Positions 27,580-39,558 of a stretch of 64,000 nucleotides of DNA are shown here, piece by piece (position 1 is the stretch's first letter; the number at the start of each line of letters is the position of its first letter). The DNA lies in the NCBI GenBank assembly GCA_028534125.1, contig CM052817.1, forward strand, positions 22,818,001 through 22,882,000, in the 5' to 3' direction. A model generated the notes under the pieces. The model searched no databases. It worked only from the letters and a program-made list of their open reading frames with translations, and had not been told where the DNA came from. The stretch is from Lama glama (lineage: Eukaryota). Made by a program: the position numbers and the translations under genes.

Positions 27580-28110
27580 AACTCTCATACTTACTATTGC
27601 TGTAAAACTTATTATATCAAAACTTAGTGCCTTAAAGCATCAACTTTATTTTGTTCCTAATTTCATGGGTCAGAATCTCAGGGAAAGCTTGGCTAGGAAG
27701 TTCTCTCTTCAGTCTCATATAGTTAAAGTTGAGTGTCACCTGAGGCTTCTGTCACCTGAAATCCCAAAGGGGCTGGTCATGCAAGATGACTTACTTGACT
27801 GGATGCTGATGCAGTCAGTTTCAGCAATACTGAAACCATCCATTGGAGCACCTCTATATGGCTTCTCCCAGAGTCATCTTAGTGCATTTGAACCTCTCAG
27901 ACTGTAATTCAGGGGTTCAAAAAAGTAAGCTCCTCGCAGCCAAAGCAGAAGTTACCTGGACTTTCATGACCTAGTCTTGGAAATCTCACAGTGGAATTCC
28001 TGCTATTCTCTATTTAGAATAGTTACAAGCCTCTCACACTCAAGGTGTAGGACATGGACTCCAACTTTTTGATTGGAATAGAGCCATTAAGAGATTTAAC
28101 CCCACACATG
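27580..28110 (-). mobile_element. MLT1H-like MaLR LTR
   Basis: aaaacttagtgccttaaa...atgggtcagaatctcagggaaagcttggctagg...tttcatgacctagtcttggaaatctcaca. Confidence 0.75.
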
Positions 28111-28252
28111 ATTAAGATGAACTAATTTAAAGAATGAAAGAATGGTTTATATCAGAATTTTTAAAAAATGAAGAAAATGACCTTCTCAATAGAGGTAGAA
28201 GAGATATTTGATAAAATTCAATGCCTATTCTTGATTAAAATTTTGAGGAGTA

Positions 28253-28392
28253 GAGGAAGGGTATAGCTCAAGTGGTAGAGCACATGCTCAGCACACAAGA
28301 GGTCCTGGGTTCAATCTCCAGTACCTCCTCCAAGCAGAAATCAATGAATAAACCTAATTACCTCCCCTTCATAAAACAAACAGTACAAGCAA
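28253..28392 (+). mobile_element. tRNA-derived SINE (camelid Vic-1-like)
   Basis: A box tagctcaagtgg (28264-28275), B box ggttcaatctcc (28308-28319), tail aataaacctaattacctcccc plus an A-rich end. TSD aaaattttgaggagta / aaaattcttgagaagta. Confidence 0.9.
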
Positions 28393-28735
28393 AAAATTCT
28401 TGAGAAGTAAGCTACTAGGAATCTTCTGCAAATACTATTAATTGCCAGGGGAAAATATCAGCCTCAATGAGAAAATATTTAATCATTTAACAAATATTTA
28501 TTGAGCATCTATCATGAGAAATACATTTTCTTTGACACATTTATTGCACATCTAGTCTGTGTTATAAGATACAGAATATGTTTTCGTTCAAGATAGAACA
28601 ATGCATAAACAATATACATACTAAGTGGAATTTACTAGAATAGAGGAAAAAAGAATACTATATCTGATCTTATCTCTATATGTTTAGGAAATTCCTACTT
28701 ATTCTTTAAGATGCAGCCCTCTCATTATGTCCTAT

Positions 28736-28975
28736 TAGAGGTTGGCACATGATGGCTTCCCAGCTAAGTCCATCTTATTTCCTGTCTTTTTTTTTAAATA
28801 AAGTTTTATTGGAACACATAACAACATCCATTCCTTTACTAACTGTTTCTGGCTGCTTTGATGCTATGTTGGTCAAATGTCAGAGTCAAATCTCAAAACA
28901 GACAACACATGGTCTGGAAACTTGAAAATATTTACTAACTGGTACTTTGTAGCAAAAGAAATTTTGCTCTTTTTA
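28736..28975 (+). mobile_element. MER58A hAT-Charlie MITE
   Basis: aaataaagttttattggaacac...tggctgctttg...aaaatatttacta-ctggtacttt. Confidence 0.85.
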
Positions 28976-29079
28976 ATATAAAGATTTCTTGGATTTGCTA
29001 AACAGAAATTTTTGTAACATAAAATATATACTTGAAATACAACTTTAATAGATCTTTTTATACTCTTTTGACTTTGTTT

Positions 29080-29203
29080 CCCTTACCATGTATAAGTTTT
29101 TGAGGGTAAGAATTATGATTTAATCATCTTTGAATATTAAGCTACTAATACAGTGTTAGAAATATTGTTGTAACATTAAAAAGTTTATAGATGCATGAAT
29201 AAA
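29080..29203 (+). mobile_element. L2 3'-end fragment
   Basis: tataagtttttgagggtaagaattatg...ctaatacagtg...atgcatgaataaa. Confidence 0.6.
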
Positions 29204-31479
29204 CGCTTGCGCTCCAGTTCCAGTCTTCCCTAATTACTCTTTCTCTCTTGGTGATCTCTTCTGTTCCTGCACTTTCAGATAACATCTCTAATGAAGATTA
29301 ATCCTCAATTTAAAGGTGTCCTTCATGTCTTTTCAACACCTGAGAGGGAATTTCCAAACAGATATGTTACAGTTGATTCAAATTCAATTATTTTCTTTCT
29401 TAAGATCAATTATTTTCTTTCACAGGAAATATACTTCTTTTTATAATCATCATATTTAATCAGTGGCCACATCCAGATAGTACTCCATAATAATTAAGAA
29501 TATTAGCAGAGGAGACAAAGAGAAAAAGAGATAACTATCTTAATTTTATCCAGACAAGAAAACTGAATGTCAACCCTAAGCATATGAGGTAATGAATAGG
29601 AAGTTACTAATTAGCCATGTATTTATGCTAATTCTACCTCTGAAATGTCTATTAGACTTCTTGCTTCCATTCTCTGTGATATTACATGTATTCATTTCCC
29701 AAAAAACAGACTCCTAAACTTTTATGACTGAAATATAATTCTAATTGTCTTGTCTCTTAACTGTCCTCATCAATCCATTCTTTTATTTATTTCACCCAGT
29801 ACATAATGTAAAAGTGTTTAGGATATAATAAACACTGTGCTAGGTGCTGAGTTTAGGACAGTGAATAAGAGAGTTCCAGGTCTTCAAGGCTTCTATTTGG
29901 AGCAAAAATAAAATTAAATTAAAAAATTAAATTATACAAGTTTTCCCCCCTACACTGTAGTCAGAGTTAGTTAACAAAAAGTGAAAACAGAAAAGTCACT
30001 CTCTCCCCTGATCAAAATTCTCCAACGATTATCTTTCTCTTTATGTACTCTCAATTCCTTTGCACATTTTTCAAGCTTTCCCCTTTCTGATACCTCTATC
30101 TGTTCTGTTTCAACTATGACTTTTCCCTTTAAATACCATTTGTGTTAGCCATTTTCCAGCATAAACGGTATGCATTTTCACATCTCTGTAGCATTGCTCA
30201 AACCTCTACTTCTACAGAAAGTCTACAAAGAAGAGTTTTGATATAAGGTGTTAAAAAACAATGATATGATAACAGAGGAAAAACTTCACTACCCTTTTAT
30301 GATGTTGCATAGTCTAGACACATTTCAAACTACTGAGGGTAGTGAGTAGATAAGGTCATGAATATGTAAGTCTGATGGGGCATATTTCATAAATGATTTA
30401 ACTTTTAAGTTGTAATGGATTAAACCTACATATACAAATTAACAGATGATGCAAGAAAAATCTGCATTTGTCGTGGAAACTCAGAAATGAAGACATTCAC
30501 ATGTGAGAAATCTCAAGGCATTTCTACAAGGTGATGTGTTAAAGCAGTCTAAAGGAAAAGAGGAATGATTATTTTGTTGATTAAGAAGTAAAAACATGGA
30601 GAAAGAAGAGAAATATGTAACCAGGAAAATCTAATTAATTCCCTTAAGCTCAGAACTCCAGGGACAGGAAATAAAGGTTGCTTTGGAAAAGTGGATTCCT
30701 TTTGAAGGTGAATTACTCTTAATTATGTTTGTGCTTTAAAAAATAAATGAGGTGATGGAGTGTTGAAGAAATGGGGGAACTGTTCATCCATTCTCTTCTG
30801 AACTACATAGCATTGAGGGAAGGAAGAAAATAGAAATGTTCTCACACCTGGCTTCTAATGATAGTATTTCTGCAAGACATAAAAAGAAGGACCTGTTACA
30901 GTAAATAGAAAATAAGTCTTTGGCCTGAGATACTACTCACTGTCAAGGTTACTTTCATGGGATGTCTATGCCAATCTATTCCCAACACGGTTTATCATTC
31001 TAGCTTTTGAAATGTATGCATATCCTTTACATTAGGAGAAGACAATTAAGTGGAGATGTTCATCATTTCTTACAGAACATGCAAAAATTCTGAGCATTGA
31101 GTAAATACATCACTTCCTTTGCAAGAATAATAAAACAAAAAATCTAGATTCTTGATATTATGTTAACTAGGGCCTAATATACAGAATCAGAGAAGAAACT
31201 TCAATGAGAGTATTCACAGCAATTAAAACAAAATTGTAACAGAACCAAAGCATTTAGGAATTTTTTTCTCTCTAATTTACATTTTCAACAAAAGTCAAGA
31301 GTCTATTAACCCCTGAGATCAGAAGAGGCCATCATGAAAAGAGGAAAAACAAAAAACAAAAAAAAAACCGAACTCTGGAAAATTGCTTTGATAAGAAAGC
31401 AATAAATTAAAGGCTTAAAAACATCGAATAAATTCAAAGGCAATAAAGAAAAAAAGTACTAAAAACAAATGAAAACCCA

Positions 31480-32827
31480 AGAATTTACTCCTAGAAATAG
31501 CACAATGGTAATTTGGACCTAATGTTCCTGAAAAAAATTATGTTATGGTAAATATAAGACATATTTTCAAAAGTACTTCAAAAGCTAACAACGTAAATAC
31601 AACTGCTGGGATGAGATCATCAAGAGGACACGATCCAGTGCTGTTTTCCTCTGAGGACTTTGTTAATCTGAAACAGATGGTACAGACTAATCTGTACTCG
31701 AAAATCTTCTGTGCCACTGCATTACAATTCCAAAAATCAATTTCATGTTAATCGTAGGTCTAAATGTTAAAGATAAAATAGCATGGCTTCCAGAAAGTAA
31801 TGTGAGAGTCTATACCCACTACCATACGTAGGCAAAGATTTTTCCAACAGGATCAGAAAGCATGTATCATTAACAAGATCACTAACTGGCATATCTGTGA
31901 TATTAGGAACTTCTCCCCACCAAAAGTACCATTAAGTGAGTGTAAAGGCAAGCCAAGAACTGAGATAATTTATTTTCAAATAATCCACTGGAAAAAACAT
32001 GTAAAAGACAAGAAGGTGTCACAAATGAAGATTTACAAAAGACCAGCTATGTAGAAAAAGGTGCTCAATGTCAATAAAGAAAAGCAAATTAAACCAAAAT
32101 GAAATATTAATATTTATTAATCAGAATGACTAAAATTAAAAAGTCTAGTAATGTTAACTGCTGTTGAGTTTATGGAACAATTAACAATTTCATACACTTA
32201 ATGATGGGGTGTAAACTGGTACAGACATTTTGAGAAAATGTTTGTCATTACTTATTGAAGTTGAAGGTATGCAAATTATAAAACCTACTGATTCTTTCCT
32301 AGGTACATACACAACAAAATTTTGTACATACATGACCCTAAAGATACGCATAAGAGTGTTTAAAGCAGTATTATTCAAAATAGCTCCAAACTGAAATGAT
32401 CCAAATACCCAGTAAAATGAATCTGGAAGTCCATTTAACAAATCGTATAATAGAAGAGTATCTAGCAACAAAAATGGATTAACTATGGCCACATGTACAA
32501 GAATAAATTTCCAAATGTATTATTAAGCAATCGAAGCAAGGTATAAACTAATTATGGTATAAAATTCCATTTATACCAAGGTAAAAAATGGCAAAACTCT
32601 GCCACAGAGTTGAAAACCAAAACAGAGGTTATCTTTCTGAGAGGAAAGGGAGTAATACATAAATTGGAATATACCTATGTATTGATTCTTGATGGCTAAT
32701 AACATTTAATCTCTTGATTTAGATAGTAGATCCCCAAGTGTGTTCACTATGTGATAATTAATTGATCTACACTTCATGATCTATGAACTTTTCCCTATGT
32801 GTATTCTAAGTTAATGAAAGTTTAAAA
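31480..32827 (+). mobile_element. Very old L1 (L1ME-like), ORF2 3' part and 3' UTR
   Basis: ggtctaaatgttaaagataaaa, aaaggtgctcaa, gcaaattaaaccaaaatgaaata, gtaaactggtacagacattttg, tgttcactatgtgataatt. Confidence 0.75.
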
Positions 32828-33818
32828 GTATCCTGGAGATGTGCAGAGCCAAGCATAGTCATGCTTATGTTTCATTATATTTTACAACATTGAAAAATTG
32901 GAAACAACACAAATGCTTAGCAACAGGGGATTTGCAAATTCAACACAGTGTACCAATGTAAGAAATATGCAAATTTCATAGTATACTAAAACAATATTTA
33001 ATGCTATGAAGAAAAATATGATATGTTAGATAAAGAGGGAAGATTAAGAACAATGTACACAATAAATATTCATACATATGTGTTCATGCATTTCCTATTT
33101 AACATTCCTCCTACTAGCACCAATTTAGTCCAAGTCTATTCCTATATAAATATGCCTTAAATTTATATATGTATATATACATATGTACATACACATCACT
33201 ATTGTTTTCATCATTCTCTGAGTGCTGTCATACATTATTAACTAAAGAGAATCAACTTGGCACTTTCTACTGTACATTCTCATCCAATGAATGTAATTAA
33301 GTCTGTATACTGTAACTATTCTCAGTCAGTGACTGCAACATTGTGCTCATCTGATTTCACTGGGATCTGGATTTTTGACATTTATGTTTGTACAATCTCT
33401 TTTTCTGCCTTAATTTTTATTTGAGGGAACATTGTTGACCCATAGTGCCTGTCAAATGGTCAGGAAGCTAGTTTTTTTTTTCCCCCCAACTTTTTCAAAG
33501 ATACAAAGGACAATTCTAAATGTAAAACCTATGTTAGAGCTACACAAAAAAAATCTCTAAGGAAATCATAGCAGGGACAGGCAAAACTTTAGAGAAAAAA
33601 TTTGAATTGTTGGAATATCTATGCAAGTCTGAAGAGTATTTATAAACATTAGTGCTGTCTGGAAGAACTGAATCCTAACTGTAGGATGCTGACTGAGAAT
33701 GTGGCAGGGATTATGTTATGATTTGTGAAGAGCCACCTCCATGGGAATTAAGGTAAAACAGCATTGTTCAGGAAATAATCTTTTAACAACAAATGGCCAA
33801 ATATAAACAGACTATAAA

Positions 33819-33867
<49 letters not shown>
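33819..33867. repeat. (CTAT)12 tetranucleotide microsatellite
   Basis: Perfect array read directly. Confidence 0.97.
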
Positions 33868-36469
33868 CCACTATTGTAAAGGTGATTATCTCAAGGCAAT
33901 GAAGTTATAGTTGATCATATTTTATTGCTACATTAAAAAATTATCTACACATAAAAACAGTGACATTATTAAAGCTAATAAATTTTAAAAAATGGTTTTC
34001 TCTCCATTTCATCCCATCACTTCAGTCATGCTTATTTTATTTTGTTAAGTGCCAAAAGCAGAAATATTTTGAAAGTGATCATTTTAAATTGAATTTTCCT
34101 AACAGAACTTTAAAATCATTGTTTATTTAGAAAAGAACTATATATTTTAAAAATATTTAAATTAAGGCTCAGTTTGAAGGAACAACTCAAATCTATTACT
34201 TTATCATAAATACTATTTACATATAGATTTCATATTCTTCTCTGCATTAGCAATATCATCTAAAAATGTATTAAAATGTTTGAAAGCTTCCTTGTTCAAG
34301 TGCACCTTCTCTTACTACTCTATAATGCCATTCAGAGTACTATTACAGGGTACAAAATGAAATTTTATTATTGATTAGAATACACATTTAAAGGTCAACG
34401 CTAGCAAAGCATTTCAAAACTTGATTAGATTATGCTTGTTAAAGTTTCTGCACACCTTTGAATTTCAAAGTAATTATACTTAAACAATATATTGGTAGGA
34501 AAAAGTATGGTTATGTTGCAAACTGTGACATTATTAGGTCAAATAAGGCATTTCTAAGCTGATGCCATTTAAAAGTTTCCACATTTCCAAAGAAAACACA
34601 GATTTGGGTTCATATTGGTTTCAAACTAATTAGGTACCTTATATAGTCTATTTCCTTTAGTAACGAAGATATGTGTATATATTATGTACTTTCAGGTTTT
34701 ACATTTTTTAAAGTCTTCAAAATAGATTAAATATTAGTTCTTTATATAAAACTTCACAAGTATTCATTTTATCATGTCTACTTTCCAAAAGAAGAACAGA
34801 TTTTCAGTTATATCACTCTTCTAATTTGTTTTAATTCTATTAAAATTATTCTCTTGGAGATGGCTTAGAGCTGATTACTTGGGTTTTAGTCATTTTTAAA
34901 ATATAAATTTGTGAAATAATGTCTTTCAAAATAACACATTTGATTAATTTTATCCTATACATAGACAACTTGAATTTATAAATGGAAATATACTTATGAT
35001 ACTATATTCTATAACACATTTTAAAATATTTCTAGAATATAAAATTTGAATAGAATAAACATTCTTACAGATCATCATTTAACTCCATGAGCAATTTTAT
35101 ATAGCCTGAATCCTGATTCAAAAAACTTAATCAAGTATTTACTTTCCTGTAAGCAGTTATCCTAAGCATCCTGTCAATCTCTAATAGAATATTGAACAAT
35201 TAAATGGTTAACTGTATCCATATTTTTAAAATTTATTAACTGGTATTAGGGCCTTATACTGGATTGCAATTCTTTAAAAATTTTGCCTTCATATTAATCA
35301 TTATGCCAGTATTTTACAAAAAATATACAATCACTTTTTACTAAACCATTTTTTATATAATTAACAGCAATTGTAATCTGTGACATAAATTGTGCTTTTA
35401 ATTGTTAACTCATTCGATAAACAGCGTTATCGCATAATGTGGCTGAACTACACATTAAGAAATAATTCCAACATTTCTCAAAATTCAATGTTTTTTGAGA
35501 AAGAAAGAAATTCAGAGTGCACTGAATGAATAGATTAAATACAATTTTACATGACTCAAATCATCTCTGATACCTGGCTTTGAAAAGAAATGGAATTAAT
35601 ATAATCCCAGGAGATAGACGTCCACAATAAAATAATCAAATGTATTATACTCAGAAAAATCAGTGGATTACTCTTTTCAGAACATGTTCAGGTATATATA
35701 GCAAGGAAGATATAGTTTACATCAGTCAGTGAGTCTTTATCATGCTCAAATATTAGTCCTTTCTAAATATGAAAAATGGAACTGGGATGCTTCTTAAATT
35801 GTTAAAACTTTGAATAATTATTGTTATTCTATTAAATTTTTATGGTTAAATCCATGGAATAAAGACCAAAAATATCTCCTTTCCAAAGGAGTGATCTTTA
35901 ACCCAGTGTACAATATTGTCTGAACTCAGATGATAAATCCTCTAAAAGAGTTCACTGTAATTTTCAATAAAGTAGGCTCCTATTATTTTCTTTTAGAAAC
36001 TCTGCAGTTTTACACAATTGGATGCTCAAATAGTGTCAAAGTGGTGAACATTACTCTTGGAAAAGAGAATGGATTAACAGAATATTATATCTGACTTTGG
36101 TTCAGATATAAAATTTCTGTCTCTTTTTTCTTGACAAGAGTTACCTAATCTTGATTACACAAGGAAATATTCCCAAGAATATCAACCAGGTAGTTTTTCT
36201 GTGGATTAGAGATAAATTTCCATGGCATTTTTAGGCTGCGGTGTCACATTTTGAGATGCAAAAACAAAATCCCTATAATTTAGTAAATTAGGTTTTTTTT
36301 TCAAATTTTAAATAAAAGAGTAATATCTGTAATACATTATGGAATTAAATGCTGAAAGTTTATGAACTCATTAGAGCAATCAGATTTTCTTACATGGAAA
36401 TTCAGGGCCTCCACCATACTACCTAGGCTGTACTTCTCATTTTCATCACTCGCCTAACAATGGGGAGCA

Positions 36470-36642
36470 ATCAAGTTCGGAGTCCCTTACCTTGAAGGAA
36501 TGGGCCAGCACTAATATCCCACAGTGCTCAGCAACTGTCTGGGGCTGCCCACTGAAGGTGTGACTTAGGTGTAAAGATTACTGTCAGTTGATCATGCTTC
36601 CTGCAGTGGAAGATCCGAGAGACATGGTTTCATGACATCTAT
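36470..36642 (-). mobile_element. LTR33/LTR41-like ERVL LTR fragment
   Basis: gctcagcaactgtctggggctgccc...tgtcagttgatcatgcttcctgcagtggaagatccgagagacatggtttcatg. Confidence 0.5.
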
Positions 36643-36696
36643 CAATCAGTTTAGTTAAAAATAATGGCAAAGCAAAAATAATTATAGAAACAATCA

Positions 36697-36895
36697 CAGT
36701 CATCCCTCGATATCCGAGGGAGTTGGTTGCAGGACCCGTCTCGGATACCTCCATCTCCATGGTTCCACATGCAGTGATTCAACCAACCTGGAATCGTGTA
36801 GTACTATAGTGTTTACTAGTGAAAAATAAAAAAAAAAAAATCTGCTTCTAAGTGGACCTGTGTAGTTCAAACCCATGTTGTTTAAGGGTCAACTG
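36697..36895 (+). mobile_element. MER8/Tigger2-derived TcMar MITE
   Basis: cagtcatccctcgatatcc...gttcaaacccatgttgtttaagggtcaactg, followed by TA. Confidence 0.88.
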
Positions 36896-37039
36896 TAGTA
36901 GATTTGATAACATCTAGGAGAGCATTTTTGGAAAGATCAATAAAATACTAAAATTGTTTAGCAATTCAAATCACAGGAAAAAATGGAAAAAAGAATATCA
37001 TAAAGTGCATACAACCTCAGCAATAAAGAAGAGTACATA

Positions 37040-37265
37040 TTTCAGAGTTTGAGATCATGGTATCTGGAGCCAGGAATCCCTGGTGCAAATCTGGACAAAT
37101 GTTACTAGATATATTATTAGACATGTGAGTTATCTTATTTAAAGCTTAGTTAACTCATCTGTAAATCAGATATAATATTAATTCTTCACTCATATTTTTG
37201 AACTTAAATGTGAATATATGTAAAATAGACTCATGCCTGGCACATGGTAAATTTGTATAAGTGTT
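37040..37265 (+). mobile_element. MIR SINE
   Basis: tctggagccagg...ctcatctgtaaa...tgcctggcacatggtaa. Confidence 0.75.
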
Positions 37266-37409
37266 TTCTCTTATTCAATAAACCCCCAAACGTCAGGGAC
37301 TTTTGTCTGCTTTGTTTATGATTTTATCTTCAGTTCTTAGAAGAGTATCTGATAAGTAGTATTTGATCAGTAAATAGCTATTAAACTTATAACTGAAACG
37401 TGTAAGCCG

Positions 37410-37840
37410 TTACAGTGGAGGCTGTAGCTTGCCTCTCAAACTCCTCCCTCAGCACTGTAGAGCTCGCTGTCCCCGCCACTGGGTGGGCCGGCGGCTAAGG
37501 GCTTTCACGAATTGCATCAAGTGGAAAAAGATATTTCTCCCTGACGCCTGCCCAGAGCATCCTGCATTGGTTGGTCAATGCCAAGTTGCATGGGCCTGGC
37601 CCCCTTGCACCAAGGAGGGACATCGATGAAAAGTCATTCTGGCACTCAGCTCCTCGTGGAATCAAAGGGTCACCAAACATCTTTGTCAAGACTGCACTGA
37701 GATTCAACTTCTCACTCTGACCAGTCTTATTTCCTCTACACCCTCCCTCTCCTGTTGATCTCTAGAGCACTCCCCAATAGTCTTCCTGCATCTGAAGCTC
37801 CATGTTAAGAGTCTCATTCCTGGGGAACCAATGGAAAACA
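37410..37840 (+). mobile_element. LTR16-type ERVL solo LTR
   Basis: gtggaggctgtag...gggcctggccccttgc...gactgcactgagattcaacttctcactctgacc...gagcactccccaata...gagtctcattcctggggaacc. Confidence 0.8.
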
Positions 37841-39558
37841 AAAGTTTCATCATTTGCAGTTGATACAATAGTTCAATTGAAATACCCTAAGCAGTCAGGT
37901 AAAATCTACAAGTATTAATTTACTTTAGTGTAGTGAGTGACAAAGCATAGTTTATTGACAGTTATCATTCAATTGGATAACAATATCAGAAAATAAAATG
38001 CAAAAATTACTCTATCCCATATTGTATAACAATAAATTTGAGAAAGAATAAGTAGTTTGATAAAGATACAAAAAATTAAAATGAAACATCTCATTATTGT
38101 GATTATACTTATCACCTGTCACTGTATTTATATAAGCATATTTTCCTTTTCTTTATTTAGATAATGCACCTGAGTTATCCGAGTCTGTTAGTTACATATG
38201 TCTAATATAGTTAAGTATGTTTAGTGTCACAAAACTTATACATATATGTATATATATATATGCACAAAAATCACTGATGACTATGGCTATGAAATCCTTG
38301 CAAACAGATGTTAATTGTTCTTTTAATTCCCCAGAAAATATAAAGGTTGTAACAGGTACACGGTATATGTTTATCAGATGAATAAACAATGTAGAATAAA
38401 TAAATGCATAATGTAATACTATTAAACATTGGTCTGATACCATGAAGAAATTAGAAAATTTTATTCTACAGTTTTCAAATGTTTAGGCACGGGAAATTCC
38501 TCTAAGCAGTTCTAGGCTCAAGGTAGCGCACATTTACACTTGGAGTATTTACCTGACTTTCAATGATACAGGCTCAAACAAATGCTTTGCACCTGCACAG
38601 AGAAAAGGCCCCCAAAGAAGCCCAAATATCACAGCAAAAGGGACAAGGGCTATGTAGGGCAGTCCTGACTCCTGGGCTCTCCATCTGCTCCAGAATAGAT
38701 TAAATGCTTGAAAAGGAAGAATATGTTTTGGCAGCACTGCGAGATCTATATCCCCAGGGCAAAATTGAAGACATAGTTGCATTCAATACAGACATAGATC
38801 TCTAGAAAGATATTTTCATAAGCAAGCGTTGCAGGCATTCAGCTGCACGTGCCAAGAATATCTCATGAAACAGAGTGCAGGCCCGGAATGAACATGCTGG
38901 AGTACAAGAGGAGACTGTTGAAACACTAACTGCTTCAGTGACACCCACAGCAGCAGGAGATGACAACAATGGTAGTATCAGCAGCAAAAAAAAAGGGCTA
39001 TTTTTCCATTTATAAATGCAATTGAACATATGGCTAGCTTAATTAGGACTTTTCTCATTAACTCAGAGTAGGCAGCTTCAATTGAAGCACTCTTGATAGA
39101 GAATCTGCATGAATAACGATCTATAGATTTGCAAAAAGACCATTTAATAAGTTGGAAACCAAGAAGTCAGCTATGAGCATCTGTGCAACATTTGCTTATT
39201 TTCACCATATTTAGTCGCTCTCTGCTGTGTACCAGGAGCCCTTGAGCCACATTCAAAACCCCCACTGACAAGAATGGTTTATTTAATGCCACCTTCAAAG
39301 AATCTGCCTGTAGTCAGAAGTTGAAGCACCATTAAAACACAAGAAAATATTAGCAGAGCTGTATGCAAAGAAAGCATACATTTGTATGGTGTAATTAGGT
39401 TAATGTTACAGGTGAAGCATGAAAAATAAATTTGGAATTTTCCTATAAGAAACCTAACACTGCCAGAACGAGTTATCTTTCTTCTCCATAGCTAAGTAAA
39501 ATGAAAGTAAAATGCTATTAGCATGTGAACCTCTTATGGCATAGATGCACAATACAAT

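Noticed and set aside
28261..28328. tRNA-like sequence
   Set aside because: It has a SINE tail, an A-rich end, a TSD and degenerate stems, so it is a SINE head rather than a tRNA gene.
37470..37495. Possible CTCF site in the LTR16
   Set aside because: At least two core mismatches to CCASYAGRKGGC on either strand.
38704..38805. Protein-looking 33-aa ORF MLEKEEYVLAALRDLYPQGKIEDIVAFNTDIDL
   Set aside because: Short, closed by a stop codon, no splice support and no recognised homology. Compatible with chance.
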